Source: Phoronis australis
Taxonomy: Eukaryota; Animalia; Phoronida
DNA: 64,000 nucleotides
Assembly (NCBI GenBank): GCA_002633005.1
Contig: NMRA01000001.1
Span: 9,328-73,327 of the forward strand
Reading direction: 5' to 3'
Shown: piece after piece, positions 1 through 14,668 of the stretch
Layout of the letters: the number at the start of each line of letters is the position of its first letter
How positions within the stretch are numbered: position 1 is the first letter of the stretch
Program-made: the position numbers and the translations under genes
Notes under the pieces: model-generated
The model's input: only the letters and a program-made list of their open reading frames with translations
What the model was told of the DNA's origin: nothing
The model's database searches: none

Positions 1-367
1 CAGAATACATACTTTTACTGAGTTAAAGCAGTACTTGTTGTTTTGTAGTTATCTAGTAATCTGCAGAATACATACTTTTACTGAGTTAAAGCAGTACTTG
101 TTGTTTTGTAGTTATCTAGTAATCTGCAGAATACATACTTTTACTGAGTTAAAGCAGTACTTGTTGTTTTGCAGTTATCTAGTAATCTACAGAATACATA
201 CTTTTACTGAGTTAAAGCAGTACTTGTTGTTTTGCAGTTATCTAGTAATCTACAGAATACATACTTTTACTGAGTTAAAGCAGTACTTGTTGTTTTGTAG
301 TTATCTAGTAATCTACAGAATACATACTTTTACTGAGTTAAAGCAGTACTTGTTGTTTTGCAGTTAT
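1..367. repeat. 63-bp tandem repeat, ~5.8 copies, truncated by window start
   Basis: Unit cagaatacatacttttactgagttaaagcagtacttgttgttttgtagttatctagtaatctg starts at 1, 64, 127, 190, 253 and 316 with no spacers. It explains ORF 35..475. Confidence 0.95.
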
Positions 368-2718
368 GTAGCTATATACACACACTTGTCAATATTCATA
401 ACATTGCTCAATGCAAACAATAGGGCTGTCGCTGATTACACAGTGAAAGAACTCTCTTTTGTTCCGGAAATATGAAAGCGCCTGACCTAGTTTTGGAAAT
501 TATTTTCATCTCTCATTGATGTCGGGAAGACAACGAATTTAAGATCTTGCATCCATAGGTATATGTTGAGTTTTTCAAACTTTTTCACATGGAAGTAAAT
601 GTAGCACAGCACTTTAGCATTGGGAAGGAGGAATTGAGTTTTATGCAACTAAGATAAACTTGTTAAGAATCACAGACAACAAAAATAACATGCAGTGAGT
701 GGTATGAAAACGAGGCAGCAAATGTGCCTGACGAATGTTTGCAGCATTGTGGGTAAATACAGCGATATTCGAGCGTCAATGTGTAATCCGGGATGGCCAT
801 ATTGCTTATCCTTTGTTCACAGACAGGAGAATAACAGTCAAGGCATCACAACTGTCCTTGACCTTTCTGTCAATAAGTCATGTTCTCTGGCACATTTCTT
901 GAGCACCTGAGAAAAACTTCACAGAATTTCCAATACCAAATTCCCATCAAACATATGGTAGTCTTATTTCCTAAACAATATTGACTGGAAATTGACAATG
1001 ACAGTAGGTCTGAGATGAAAGCTTTGATTTTCATGCCTGATGATAAATGACAAAATTGGCTGCCGTAAATTATACCTGTCTAATAAACTCTGGTGAACAG
1101 CTAACAAAAGTCAGAGATGCATCCTGAAATTATCAGTCAACCAAGACTCTTTTATCACACAGGACACAAAACTCAAGGAATGCCAACATGTTTTTGAGAA
1201 CATGAGCATTATACGCTGTGATACCAGCCCTCTGTTGTGACAGTGATCATTCAGGTGCAGATAAATCGGGAAGTCCCTGATACAAAATGCTTTAGTTTCA
1301 GACTAATACAATGGACTGAATCAACCACAGTTAGAAGGATTTCCAGATTACTGTGTGCATTATATTGTTACAATGACATCAGGACCCTTCTACATTGACC
1401 GCTCTCCCATGCCGTGAGGTACGAAAGAGTGACACACCTCCAGATACAGCACTGGCAGGTCGGCAGCCTCACTTTCGTTTCTATGGAGATTCACGTGTTT
1501 AGCATTTGTCGCCAGAACATGATATATTTTATATCATACTTAAGTCATGTCAGGAAAGTATTACTGCTGCACCGTGGGCTACAATGGTGATTTGAGGACG
1601 TGGGATATAAGCTCGACAAGTACCCATGGATGCGGGATCTCACATTTCACCTCTTCCCGACGGTTCTGAAGGACAAAAGACGGCAAAGCCCGTAGTGCTC
1701 ACAGTGCCAAACGTAATGTACAATCAATATAATCTTACCTCACAGCTGAGAAGAGTAGGAGTGCGGAATATGGGAATTACAAAAGACTCTTATTCTTAAC
1801 CAGATTTCAGTATGTCACGTGACCGTGCAATGCACTCATTCTAGAGAGAAAGTGTTAGGTTGCTGAGTAAAACTCGTTATTATTATAAACCTGGGCATTC
1901 AATTGTTTTACATCTGGATTCACAAGTGCATTGTACAGTGACAAAAGCACTGCGCGAACAATCCCAATGCCCACATTCTCAAATGTTGGCATACCATACA
2001 GAGCCAATCATAACCACAGGGCAATGCCTTCAACATAATGATTGCATGGAAAACCCCTAACGACTTCCTGATGGGTAAATTTGTACAACATTTATACTGG
2101 AGTCTAGCAGAATGGATGCAACTCAACCAAATGTTCCTAACATAAAATCTGTGCACTCAAAACTACTACAGGGATCCCTTTGGAGACAAAATGTAGTAGC
2201 TTGCACTTGTAGCTCAAAATATTTGCTTCAAACGGAAGAAAAATAATGAAAATTGCTGCAAAATTCAGTATTCTAATGTCACCAACCGATCGTTTCAATG
2301 GTTGCCACTTTGCTAGGTTACCCTTGAAGGAATCTGCACATACTTGCGAAGCACTCACCATGCACTCATGTTGAATATTCATCGTCTTGTGTGAGGTCAC
2401 TTTTCTCATTAACAAATTTGTCTACGCCCGGACATACTGCAAACTTTACATAATGCCAGATTTCACACTCAGCAAGTCTACGCATCCAGTCAAATAAATT
2501 TACATTCAGTTCAAAGTAAAAAGTATATAAAATTCAAATTTGGACCTTATACCAAACTGCTAAGGCCTGCTTGTTAGAAAAAGAAATCGCAAAACATAAA
2601 GGTTTATTCATGTTTTAGATCATTGCGATATCCTAACCATCACAAAGTGTCACCCCCCTTCTTGCGGATATAAAGCCTTCAGCAGATTGTTTCAAGCAGG
2701 AAAGTGGCAACATTTCAT

Positions 2719-2807
2719 NNNNNNNNNNNNNNNNNNNNNNNNNNNNNNNNNNNNNNNNNNNNNNNNNNNNNNNNNNNNNNNNNNNNNNNNNNNNNNNNNN
2801 NNNNNNN
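2719..2807. other. Assembly gap (N run)
   Basis: Run of Ns. Single-N joins also occur at 31531, 37310, 46517 and 60514. Confidence 0.99.
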
Positions 2808-5800
2808 TGAATGACAACAAATATACTACCAAAAATGACATTATTTTTCAGACCGCTGACCTTTCACTACAAATGACTAAAGTTTCAGATAAAATTTAAC
2901 AATTTTATGCAAGTATCTGAAAGGGGATTCAATTGTGCACCCATACATCAGTGACTAAGCATATAAAGAGAGCAATGAAAGGGTTAAGATTCCAGGAGAA
3001 AAAGACAACTGGTCTACGTCATTTACTGGGGTCTTAAAGATTTTGAGAACCACTTATATACCAGTGTTATTAGAGAATGCTCTGGGTTCTAAAATGTGGG
3101 ACTCCTATTAGTGACAAGTACCACACACAAACATTACTGAATAGCCAATGGACAAATAACCTTTATGTTTTAAATTCTTCCTGCGAGGACAACCCTCCAA
3201 TAACAAATCATTAGTTTGATTTGGAATCCAGTTAGACAGCTCCAAGTGTGATGGGTCACACGGATCTTCAGTGACAAATCTCTCTTACCTTGTTGAGCAG
3301 AGAAAACATGCTTTATGTTACAGATGTAGATCACAAGGGGGCAGCACTCAGTAACACTCAAACACTTCATCAAAATTGGAGATAACAATGAACCTGAGGA
3401 CTCCAGTAATCCATACAACTACCCAGGACATGCTTCAGTCAGTACATGGTGGTGTATTTTGACCTGCACACCTAAGATACTGGCGAACACCCAGCTGAGA
3501 TTCCTCTGCTTAAAGCAGACAGTGTGTGTAGCAGATGAGAGTCCAACTATTGATCACGTAATGAGCATAGATCGACTCCACAGGCTCAGAATAGCCGCAT
3601 TAGTCTGAGAATTTCAGAACAACACAGTTCACTCGTCAAGTAAGCGTAAAAATGTGACGAGAATCTTGAAACAATTTTCTTGTCAATGCAATTATCGCCT
3701 CGCCACTGCAATATGTTTGACGCCGAGAGTAAAACCTCAAAATCAATTAACAAAATATCTTCCTTGGAAAGACATTTCAAAGCAAATATTCGGTGGGAGC
3801 CGGAGTATTTGCTGCAATAATGTTTGGCATGGCCTTCTGTCTGTGTGTGGTTAACAACAAAAAGTTATCTGAGAGGTTTAAAAGTGTCTTCATCAACGAA
3901 AATAAATCCTAGCTATTGACATTTCCCACTTCCTAAAGATTTGCTGCCTAATACTAACAATTTTCAGAATATCACCAAGTTTTATTTTGGTGAGTACAAA
4001 AACAAATTGTGATGAACAAATAACAAATTGTGCTGAAGAATTTGACATTATTTTTTACTTTCCTTTCGTTTTATAGTGTAAACGTTATCCAACCTGTATA
4101 GTATCTGTTTGGATTTGGCCAATAAAGAGGCAATAAACTCCCACCCTTTTGTCGATAGCAACTTTTGAATACTGTAAATTCCATGGCTTGTTGCTAACCA
4201 ATTAGTGTCATATCACCAAATCCAACTGTACATGGTAAATTTCCCAGAAAACCAAATATGAACTGAGGTATCCAAAACAAGGAAACCCCCATTAGGGGGG
4301 TGTTGATGAAATCCTTGCCCCACAAACACGCAGCAGGTAAACGTCGAAAATAATGGCGATCGTGGTAATTGAAGTGGAACAAAGTTTCAGCTGCTATTTC
4401 AGGCAGTATGATTGTCCACCAGAGGGAGCTCCCAGCAAATGACCATAGTAATCTTTTCATTTCAAACAAGGGAGAGGCAAATAGTAATACCCAGATGCCA
4501 AGAGAGTGGATGTTTTATTACACCTGTCTAGTCAACAGCAGACAGGTTGTTAAAGTTAGATTAGGACCCATTAACAGACACTGTGTTTGCTCATCAAGTC
4601 AAGTAATACACAATAACATAAATTATGTCTGCCAAACTGTCACTAGAAATTAAGTGAAAATAAAGGTACATTCATTTGATTCCAATAAAACACTTGAAAC
4701 TATTGGTATCACAGGCATAATATGGTCACTTCATCTCATGTTAATTAGTCACAATAAAATCTCAAGAAATAGTGTTACAATTATCTAGAATCTTATGTTC
4801 GTTTTATGCATTTTTTAGCTTTTTCATGTGAATCTTCAAAAATCTTTTTTTTGAAAATCTTTCAAAAAAGTGGAACAAACTAAAAGTTCATGAAATCAGT
4901 TTGGGCTTGAGTCATAACATAAGCACAGTCAATGTGAAAGTTTATTCAAATATTTCAAGGAAAACCAGACTGATGTGAATGCCTACAATTGTCTGATGGC
5001 AGTTAGTTCCTGTAAACAATACAGAATGTAACTCAGTGCTGCTTTAATATAAATAAAAAAATAAAATTTCACGACATCCGTCATTTTGTCCCAAACTAGT
5101 AGACGTACATACATAAATTTCTGGACCGCAATACTTGAGCGTTCTATTTTTTTGAGATTCAAGTCAATATCATTCCCGAGCCCCCCCCATTATCAACCTC
5201 ACCAGGTAATGCACAAATGACCTAAAGTTATGAACGGTTAATCCTACCAACTGTTTCATTCTTTAGCTGACAGTGCTTGCAGGCAACATTTCCAAGCTTT
5301 TTAATACAGACACCCTGATATGCCATACTTATTAAGGGTAACCCAGTGCTAATCCAAGGGCACAAAAGAACATACAGTTTATGATCTATCTACATTAATG
5401 CCCTAAGCCAATAACTGAAATTCAGTTGTAGCATTAGCTACATTGAAGGCTGAGCGAGACAACTGAGGCCAAATGTGCCAACACTCCGCAAGGCCTTAGA
5501 TTTTAGCAACATGGCAGAATTGCTTCAACCTGTGGAGCAAGTCTTCAAAAATTCTTGAAAAAGTCCGTCTCTTCGAACCCTGTATCCTTAGACTAATAGT
5601 TCACAGGTTGTTACTATGACAATGCTTTAATCTTGGGGTATTCTGAAGACACATCTCACTGACGTAGTACAGGGCTCGGAACGTTCCGCATGCTCTTCAG
5701 GATGCCACGAGGTGTCTGACATCGAGTTGTCTACATGACAACTTTCACATGATCCTTGTTATAAATCTGTGTACTTGGCCCATGCTCTGATGACATTGCT

Positions 5801-8049
5801 TCTCTTCTGCCAAGGCAAGCTGCTTTCACTACTTTGAGCTTGACTATTTATAAATAATGCTGTTTACCTTATGACCAGTATTATTCCATGTTGATCATCT
5901 GAAGACCTTGACACAGTTACCACCAACTAATGATCAATCAAACATTTATAACCTTCGAAGCAAACTATATGGCAAAAATAGTATCAGGTCACTCTAAAGG
6001 AGATAAAATGAACTACACTCGGTGCACAGTTAGTTTTCAAAATAAACTGGACAGTTTTCTACACAATTCTGTCAGACTTGAAAAAAAAACATTGTGGCAA
6101 AATTACTTGGCTGTTTCATCCAGCTTTTATGTCAACGAAATAGAAATTTTGTGTTTTTGTTCAACTTCAGTTTGATGCAATTGGCCACTAATTGTTGATA
6201 GTCAAAACTTTTATAACCTCGCATGGTTTTCATCATGGTTTTTCTCGAAACTAAAATTACACAAGATCGTTGTTGATGTCGAATCCTCCACAAGTTTTTC
6301 TCAGCTAGTTTTCTCCATCTGTTCTTCCAATGCCAACCAAGTATTCCCCAGTATGCTGTCGTCTTCAACCCAAATGGGAGAAGGTTGAACAAACTTGATG
6401 AAAAGGTGTAGATATGTGAAGTTAAGTTCTTCGCCTTTCAAACATCAATCGTGGACAAGAAAATGCAGAGCGAGTGCATAAAGCAAGTTCGTCGGGCTAA
6501 TCTTGAACCAAACAGAATCTTTCTTGAAGTGCTGAACACCTTTTAATTCCAGTACTTTTAAATGGTTGAAACTGTTTCAAACACAGGCGGTGAAAATGTG
6601 CCTCAGATATTCCAAACTGCTATGGCATGGGCTTTTCTTACCTATGGGACAAGGACATTTCTATCGCTGTGTTAACTTGGGACGGCCTTATAGAAATGCA
6701 TTGTAATCCAAAAGAAATGTTCATTTAGTTTAAGTGGCCCACGTCAAATGTTGACATTGAACACTAGTAGACTGTTGAGTATATTTTCAGAATTACTGTA
6801 TTAACTACTGTAAAGTCGTGCAATTTTGGGCACTCAAAATTAATACCAGTAAAACAAATTCATTCTCGGTCCAATATCATGGGATAAAATTTTTGTGGTG
6901 TCTGAATTTGGTGGATATCCAAAATGTGCCTTTTCACTGTTGTCCGAATTTGGTAAAGTAAATCTCTTCGAAATTTTTTAGAAGTCGGCATAAGCAAGAT
7001 GAATCAATTTGTCGTTGGATACCTAAAAAGAATTTCCACATGTAAGACTTTAAAATTGTGCCGACACTTGTTGGCTCGTTCAACCAAAACTGTTGATGCA
7101 GTTTCCTTGGATAAGAGTTGAACATGACAAATTGCCAAAAGACGGCATTGTACCAAATTATCAAAGTTGCAGAGTATCCCAATAGTTGTTCTGTGCCGGA
7201 GTTGATGCCAAATTTCATGAAGTTTAATTACTTGGCAGACCTTAAGCATAAAACAATAGGACTAATACGGAGACGGCATTCATCGGAAATATTTGAAATA
7301 TTCAGGTGATCACCACAGAAACAAAGGTACCAATTACATTAAGTTTGCTTGGATTTTGAATTCTTATTGACAGGAATTTCAAATCTTTAGCAAGATCACA
7401 GAATCAATTTCTCAGACCTCAGGAATCGATTTCTGTTTGATGTTTTTAACGGCGACAATTTTTAAGACCGGTGTGGTTCATGAATTGTACGCCAATAACA
7501 TGGACTGACATCACTTTCAGGTATCGCAGCTACAACTGGACATTACATCATTTCACGACAAACACTCAGCTCCTGGATTTCCCCAGACAGGTAATCGGTC
7601 ACCCAGCCAGAAATTACAGCAATTGGTACAGTACCCACATGTCTATGATGCGGGTGAATAAACACGGCAATTGTCGCCATTATTTTTGTGCAATAAAGGA
7701 TTCATGTAATATCACTTGCAGTTTTCTCTTCCTCAATCGATTTCAGTTGTAATTTTCTGTTCCATAATCCTCATTTTCTCACAAATCTTCCACGAAAGGA
7801 CAATGTCAAAAAGAATTAAGACAAATTTCAATCCCAATAATGGCATGCTCACGCACCCTGCCTGCATAGCTCGATGAAGTGGAACAAGACCGACATTGGT
7901 CATTAAATTGTTATACCAATATCATGTGATCACGTTTCTGTCAAGGCGTGAGAAATATGCAGAAATCCATTATTTTAATAGTCAATGGAGAAATGTGAGT
8001 GTTTTAGGCTGCACTTCCAAATGCCTGATTGGCGAAAAATCAAAAATGA

Positions 8050-8158
8050 AACAGGGGACGGGCGATTACCCAAGCAGCGGGCGCTTAAACCAAAAATTGA
8101 CAAAAAGTCGAGGATGGGCGATTACCGGGCATGGGCGTTAACTCGCGAGTTTACGGCA
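8050..8158. mobile_element. Probable terminus of a non-autonomous DNA transposon
   Basis: GC-rich island with repeated gggcgattacc/gggcgyttaa motifs ending ...ctcgcgagtttacggca. No partner terminus was found. Confidence 0.35.
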
Positions 8159-11100
8159 AGGCTCCTTACTCTCGTAAAACTGCTAATATTGCGCAAAGAC
8201 ATTATTTGAAAGACCAGGTACATTTCCGCCCTGCCCCAGTTGAGTTTTGACGTGTATTTGACACTGGAGCAACTGATAGAATGTAACTCACTTTACCTAT
8301 AGAACTGATGTCAAAAAATGACCGTCGTGATGTCACTCACTCCGTTTGAGTCGTGTTTACACACACACACTTGCACTAGAGCAGCTGTTTCGTGTAGTGT
8401 GCTGGATCAGCCCCTCTTGTGTAAATGTGACAGGATGTAGCTAGAAGCCACATTTATACAAGAGAGGTCGAGTTTCAAATGTGACTCGAGTTGAAGTCCT
8501 ATTCATTATAAGTACTATTATGAGATTGATTTCACGCGGGTCAGTTAAAGGTCTTAAATTCGATTTCTGTTTTGGGCAGCTTAAAAAACCAGGACAAATG
8601 CACTTAAGTTTCAAATATTAAGCATTTATTGTTGCATCTGAGTATTGGTGAGGCTGCACACATTAGAATTGTAGATAAGATCAGAAAGACGTTCCAGTGA
8701 TAAGATCCGTTATCAATACTTCCTGCTTAACATTTTCAATATGATACTGGATAAAAATTCTCAAAATATCTCATGTTACATATTATGAAACTCATTATGA
8801 TATGCTGTATAAAATGTTCGTTTATGTTATTGACAAGCTGGGCTCAGAATGCATCTAGTACTAAGTAGTTGAAATTTCAATACGGTTTGTTCAGCTTGCA
8901 GCGACTGAATCGGATTATGAAACATAAAACATTTTAAGCAAAGCTGTGAAGACATAGTGTGCTAATCTTCAGCAGACTGCCACAAAATTGCCAAAATTTT
9001 AAGTTGTAACTACGTTAAACATTAAGCAATTTTCTTTGACGTTGTGTGAGACATACAGGACAATAATGAATGTAAAAGGGTAAATAGGGTTAGATCCAGT
9101 AATAGAAGATGTTTTTAAGGAAATTAGAATATAAAAGAAACTGAAAAACACTTTTTTGAAGAATGCCTCGTACGCAATACCTCAGTCAATGCTATTTATT
9201 CAATAAACCTTAAATTTTGTAAGTCTATTTTGCACTAATGACAATGTGAAAATTTTGAGACAGCTTGGTTTATTGAGAATGCAGAAAAATGGAGATTTTT
9301 TGTGAAATAGCTGATATAAATGCGGCATGGGAATTGTTACACAGATTTCTTGTTCAGTGTAAAATTAAATTTTGTTTGTATGCTGGAGGCCAAATATCAG
9401 GAAGACATTCCTAATATTTTTTATCGAGACATATAAAATCAATGGAATCATGTAATGTTTTTATCAAAACCTCATATTGAATATCAGTAGATATCAACCT
9501 TCAATGTGCATACCTAGGTCTGGCATGCCCCTCATCATCGGGGCATACTTTATGTACATTTACCAATTAAAGGGCAAACTAATATACTGAACGTTATAAT
9601 TTAAGCTGACTCAGTGAATTAGAACTTTTTTTGTCAAGCGCTAACTCAGACTTTTCATAAGAGCCTCCTGCTTGGTTTTAACGTTAGATGATGAAGCAGG
9701 TTTCAAATTGAGGTTAAATCTCGAGATATCAACCCAGACAAACTTTAAGTGTTCCTGAGTGTACTCTCTGATCTGTCTGTGGGGGCTCGTAGGCAAACCA
9801 TATACCACTGACAGTTCAACTAAAACCAAATGGAACTTCTTTTATCAAAGGGTATGGAAACCTACACGTCTGTTTTTATAGCATTTGTTTGGGTAAAACT
9901 GATCTTAACAAGAAATTCAATTCCAGAAGATCAACAATCCGTTGAAATATCAGCTGAGTTTTTGGCCACGAATTTTAGCCAATGTGTTGTTGCCCTGATT
10001 GCCACGTTAAATTAATTAGGCAAAAGATTCTTTATTCACCTAACTAGGCTTCAATGACAACAGCAGTTCTTGTGCAAATCTAGTGACAATCAAGGACAAG
10101 GCACTGCTGTGAAACAACTGAGTTTCTAAATGCCTGGTTTGAACTCAGGATGAATTGATGTCAAATGCCCAGAGAATCCAATATCATGGAATGACAGTGG
10201 ATAAATACTGTGAATGTTTATAATGGCTCAATTACACTTGCAGACAATTCAGAGACAACAGGTTATTGCTGTGATAACTGAATTCTTCATAAGTAAACAG
10301 GTTTCAAACAAACATTGACAACGAACATCACATCACATAATCTAGTCATAGGTGATTTTAAAAACCCACTTTATCGAAAAGAAGTCGTATAATAATCACC
10401 TATCATTTACAGCGGCCATTTCCAGGATAAGCAGTCATTGAAAATTCAAACCTGATTTTTATTTGCTTTTGTTGCTTCCTGAAGGGATTTAACTGCATTT
10501 AAAAAAAGGACAATTAATTTGTAGAGTACTAAGTTAAGACCACAAAAGTCATAAGGCATGCCTGAGAGGATTTTAGTTTCCACTTCACTAAAATGAACAA
10601 ACACTTAGAGAATTCGGAGACTGTTCATGGCTTTGGTTAGAATTTTACTCATAAATCTGGCTGTGTCACTTTTAGAAAACAAACTACCGTTATGGTAGAC
10701 AGATTTTGCAGGAACTCTGGCTCTGATTAGCCAAACTTGGAGGGAATAAATTTTGACACAATTATCTGACAGTTTAGTTGAACTTAGGCCGAGCACGTGA
10801 AACAGTATTTATGTTGAATTTCAGATAGTTTAGTTATTGAGCCTAGTCGCTAATTTTGTACCTGTGAATGGATTTGTATGGCAAGTTGATGCCATGGCGT
10901 CGCAGTTAATGGTGACACACCTGTGGAGCTTCAAAGTTGAAAAGACTCAGGACAGTGTTCTCCAGACCTTGCTTACCTGAGCACTTGTAACAGGACTGCA
11001 TGGAGAGCAAACAGCTTGGATAATAGGCATAGTGTCCTCTGCAACGTGTTTTGAATAATCGCGTACAGAGTTGAAAATTCCCAAAAAGCCTCGTTTTACG

Positions 11101-13367
11101 TATGTGAGACAAATCAGAACCAATTTGGCTCAAACAGAAAACTCAGTTACTTCAGGTGGGCCGCAGGTGTGCTTTGATTGGTTCCTGAGATATACACTGC
11201 AGCGATACTATTAAACATCAGCGGAACAGATAATGTACGACTGCTAATTATATTTGCAGGTCCAATTAGAAGCATATCTGATTGTCATTAATCTGTGGAC
11301 ATGTTGTAATAGTTTCAATCAGGTAAAAATAAGGTATTGAGCCTTGAGAAACATTCCTTCCGTCTCACCTATACCTGATGAAACCTACAATATATCATGC
11401 AATCTACTCTTCATTTAGTCAACACAGATCAGACACAAATCAGTTTTGGGGATGAAAAACTCAATTTTGAGATTATCAGAATAGACTTCTTGTCATCATT
11501 TTCTTTTACCAGAGCTTACAGCGAAATTGACTGGTTACTTTGATTTTATTCTAGAAATTGCCTAAATTCTTGACAACGCCTTTTTCAGCAGTTGCTGTTA
11601 GTCACTGAACTCTGAGCACAACTAGAGACATTGAAACACTGGTTACCTCAGAAAGCTGCAGTCCACCAATTTTACCTGTAATTGAATTTCCTGACTGCAA
11701 AAGGTTTGAAAACTACGTACCTTAGATATTTTATTAGAGCTTTGTCGTTTTTTTAACGTAAATGAAGAGTCGTATTATTCTTAGAAAAATGATTAAAACC
11801 AAATGGATTTTTGTAACTAAGGTGACTGTCTATCTTTTTTAAAATAACATTTCAACTATTAATAGTGAATCAATAAAATTATAAATTTTTTCACAGAGAT
11901 AGCCATATTTTCCATAATTTTTAAGGGTTGACTATTAATAGTTCAAAACTTGTGTTAAAACAATCAAATCTTTGGTAACAAAGGTTAAGACAATGACCAT
12001 AAAAAACTTCAGCTATAATTACGTAAAATCCATATACTGTTTTTGGGCATTTTTCTGTTTTTTATTCAAAAAATTTGACAAATGCAGAATGAATGGACAT
12101 TATTCCTATAAATTTACCTTTCAAAAAAGACATTTTTGCCAAATGCATGGTCAAGTAACCAAGAGGATTGCAGTATTATGAATGACAAGATTTGCCTTGA
12201 CTCCTTCACAACCGATGACAAATTCCAGACAGCGTGACTAGTTCTAGGTGGCTTTGATGTGAAATGACAGTTGTTAACAGAGTAAAAGAAAGGTAGAAAA
12301 GCGAAGTCCAGTCAGAGGTATGCAAAAGTGTCAAGCAAAACATAATGAGAACAGTGTACTGTAGGGCTGAGCTTTAAGTTCCCAGCACATAAAGCGATTA
12401 TGTATTAAGCCATCAGGTAGCAGGATGAAATGATTATCCCAATATTTTCGAACCAACATAAGGTGAAAAGGAATGATATCTCACAAATCTTTACTAAGAC
12501 ATAGGACTACGTAATATCAGCGGACTTTTCATATTAATGCTCTCTAGAATAATGAAAGCAGGAAAGTGAGTTAGTTACGCATGATACAGAGTGACTCATA
12601 TTCGGTGGACAAAAATTCACTTACTACATGGTGGTTCATTAATTAAAACAAAACCAGATGAAAAAATCCCAGTCTGATTGTTTGATTAGGTTAAGTGCAA
12701 CAATCCATTTGACAATGGCTGAGATCAAAATTCCCCCATACCACGCCTTCGCATTAGAAATGTATGGAACTTGTCCTTTATCCACAGTTAGTTCAAGAGA
12801 TAAGTCTTTTTCGGTAGGTCATTACTTGTTGATACACTTGACTGTATAGCAAAGGAAATCTGTCGGCAATAGGAAAAGGAACGGGTAAAAGACGGTGCAA
12901 CATTACACCAGTAGGTAGAAACCACCCGTCCACATTACATGGGATCTATAGGTGACGCTGAACGCCTGCCCACAAGAAACCCGAATGCCGTCTGGCGAAA
13001 TACGTAGTGAATTTCATTATGGCACGGTTATTTCGAAAACCAGCTATTGCCATGCTCCTTGTGTGCGACAGTGCTGCATGAATATCCACCGTTCTGATAA
13101 TTACATAATATAACAATGCCTGTACCACCTGGGTATGGACCCCCATGGAATAGGAGTACACAGACACCAGGAACCAGAACATTACATAAGCTTGGGCTGT
13201 CCAGTGCAGGAAAGTTGCGTCGTTGTGGATACAAACATCAAGCAAAATTTCTTCATACGGGTACGCAAGAATCACAAGGGAGCTGAGTCACCGCCTGAGA
13301 CGGCCATTTTAATGGAAGCCAAAAAAAAAAAACTGACAGCACATGATCTAGTCCCATGACAATGCAT

Positions 13368-13499
13368 ATGACAATAAAAGCTACGTAATTAAAAACAGAG
13401 GATTGCTTAACTGTACTAGTTTAAGACAATGTAATGACAATAAAAGCTACGTAATTAAAACAGAGGGTTGCTTAACTGCACAAGATTAAGACAATGTAA
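13368..13499. repeat. ~66-bp tandem duplication (2 copies)
   Basis: atgacaataaaagctacgtaattaaaa...ttaagacaatgta occurs at 13368 and 13434. Confidence 0.9.
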
Positions 13500-13956
13500 G
13501 GTAGGCCTACTCAACCTTAACACAACTCATCCCAAGATTTGTTTTGTAGCCGTCCAGCTGAGCTTTTACAGTCCACTCACCAATTTTGCCTGTTAGGTTC
13601 AGTGAAAACAAAGCTCAAAATTTGCAAGGTGGCTGTGCTGTTAAATCAACAGAATAGAATCACGCTATTTAGATCAAAGCTGTGTTCAAACCGGCCACTT
13701 GTAACTCTTTCTATACTGTTTAACCGCTGCGTTTGTTACCATTCAAACAGACAGTTAAAACAGTAAAGCTATAGTTTCTAGTTTTATTCACTAGCCATGT
13801 TCACATCAAGTTAATGACTTTATCCTCTCGCTTCACCACCTCAGGGAGGGTTACAAAAGCATTGCAATTACAGCTTTTAAAACTGGTTTTAATGTGTTCA
13901 GATCAATACTCATAACTTTTAAATTAGCTTCAGTGTGAACAATACTTAAGTCATTT

Positions 13957-14133
13957 CAGGGGCGGATCCAGGATCTTGAATTAGGAGGGGGGCTAAGGCA
14001 GATTGTTAGTCAGGATTTTGCCCATCAGACATTTGCACAAGTTGGAACCCGAACTGCCACATGGAATCTGGGAGAATTTTAGGGGGGGGGGCACGGTCCC
14101 CTTGCCCAGCGCCCTCCCTTAAATCCGCCACTG
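13957..14133. mobile_element. hAT-like MITE with 5-bp TSD
   Basis: TIRs caggggcggat...atccgccactg, flanked by direct repeat cattt at 13952-13956 and 14134-14138. Confidence 0.8.
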
Positions 14134-14668
14134 CATTTAAAGGGACCATGCCAACTGATGCTGGTGTGCTACTTTAATAGCAATCTGATCAGAACACAGA
14201 AAATGGCCCTGTTCTTCAATACTACCATCCCAAACTCTACAGTTATGTACTGTGGAATTTGTAAAAAATGACTAAATACTGCTTCGGATCATCGCAGCAG
14301 AGACTATGCAAAATTATAACATACATGACCTAGAATAGGGTCGTCTTGAAGTAACACAACACCACTCCTATTCTAACGTATATACCCACAATGCAACACA
14401 TGTGACAAGAACCTGTCCAGTATTTCACAAGCAAGATTAAGTCACAATCTCTTGTGGCAATGAAGGCAAACTGATGTATTATTGCAGTTTGGGCAGAAAC
14501 ACCAACACCACGACATTGACTAAAAAGGCAGAAACCAGTCTTCAAAACAACTTCCCTGTTAATGAACTCTGGAGTGCAATTATTCCTTTTCTACTTTTCC
14601 AGGCTTCAACGGAAAATTACATGCACAAAAGCACTGAAATGACACACATGTATTTAGCCTGAACTTAC

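Noticed and set aside
1-475. 63-bp array as a CRISPR array, or ORF 35..475 as a repeat protein
   Set aside because: The units are contiguous with no unique spacers, the context is eukaryotic, and the ORF simply reflects a stop-free 63-bp unit.
5930-7800. Short ORFs at 6-7.8 kb
   Set aside because: No recognisable motifs or consistent splice signals. They may be UTR or intron, but this is not supportable.
12946-13359. Overlapping ORFs near 13 kb
   Set aside because: No domain similarity I can recognise and no clean exon boundaries.
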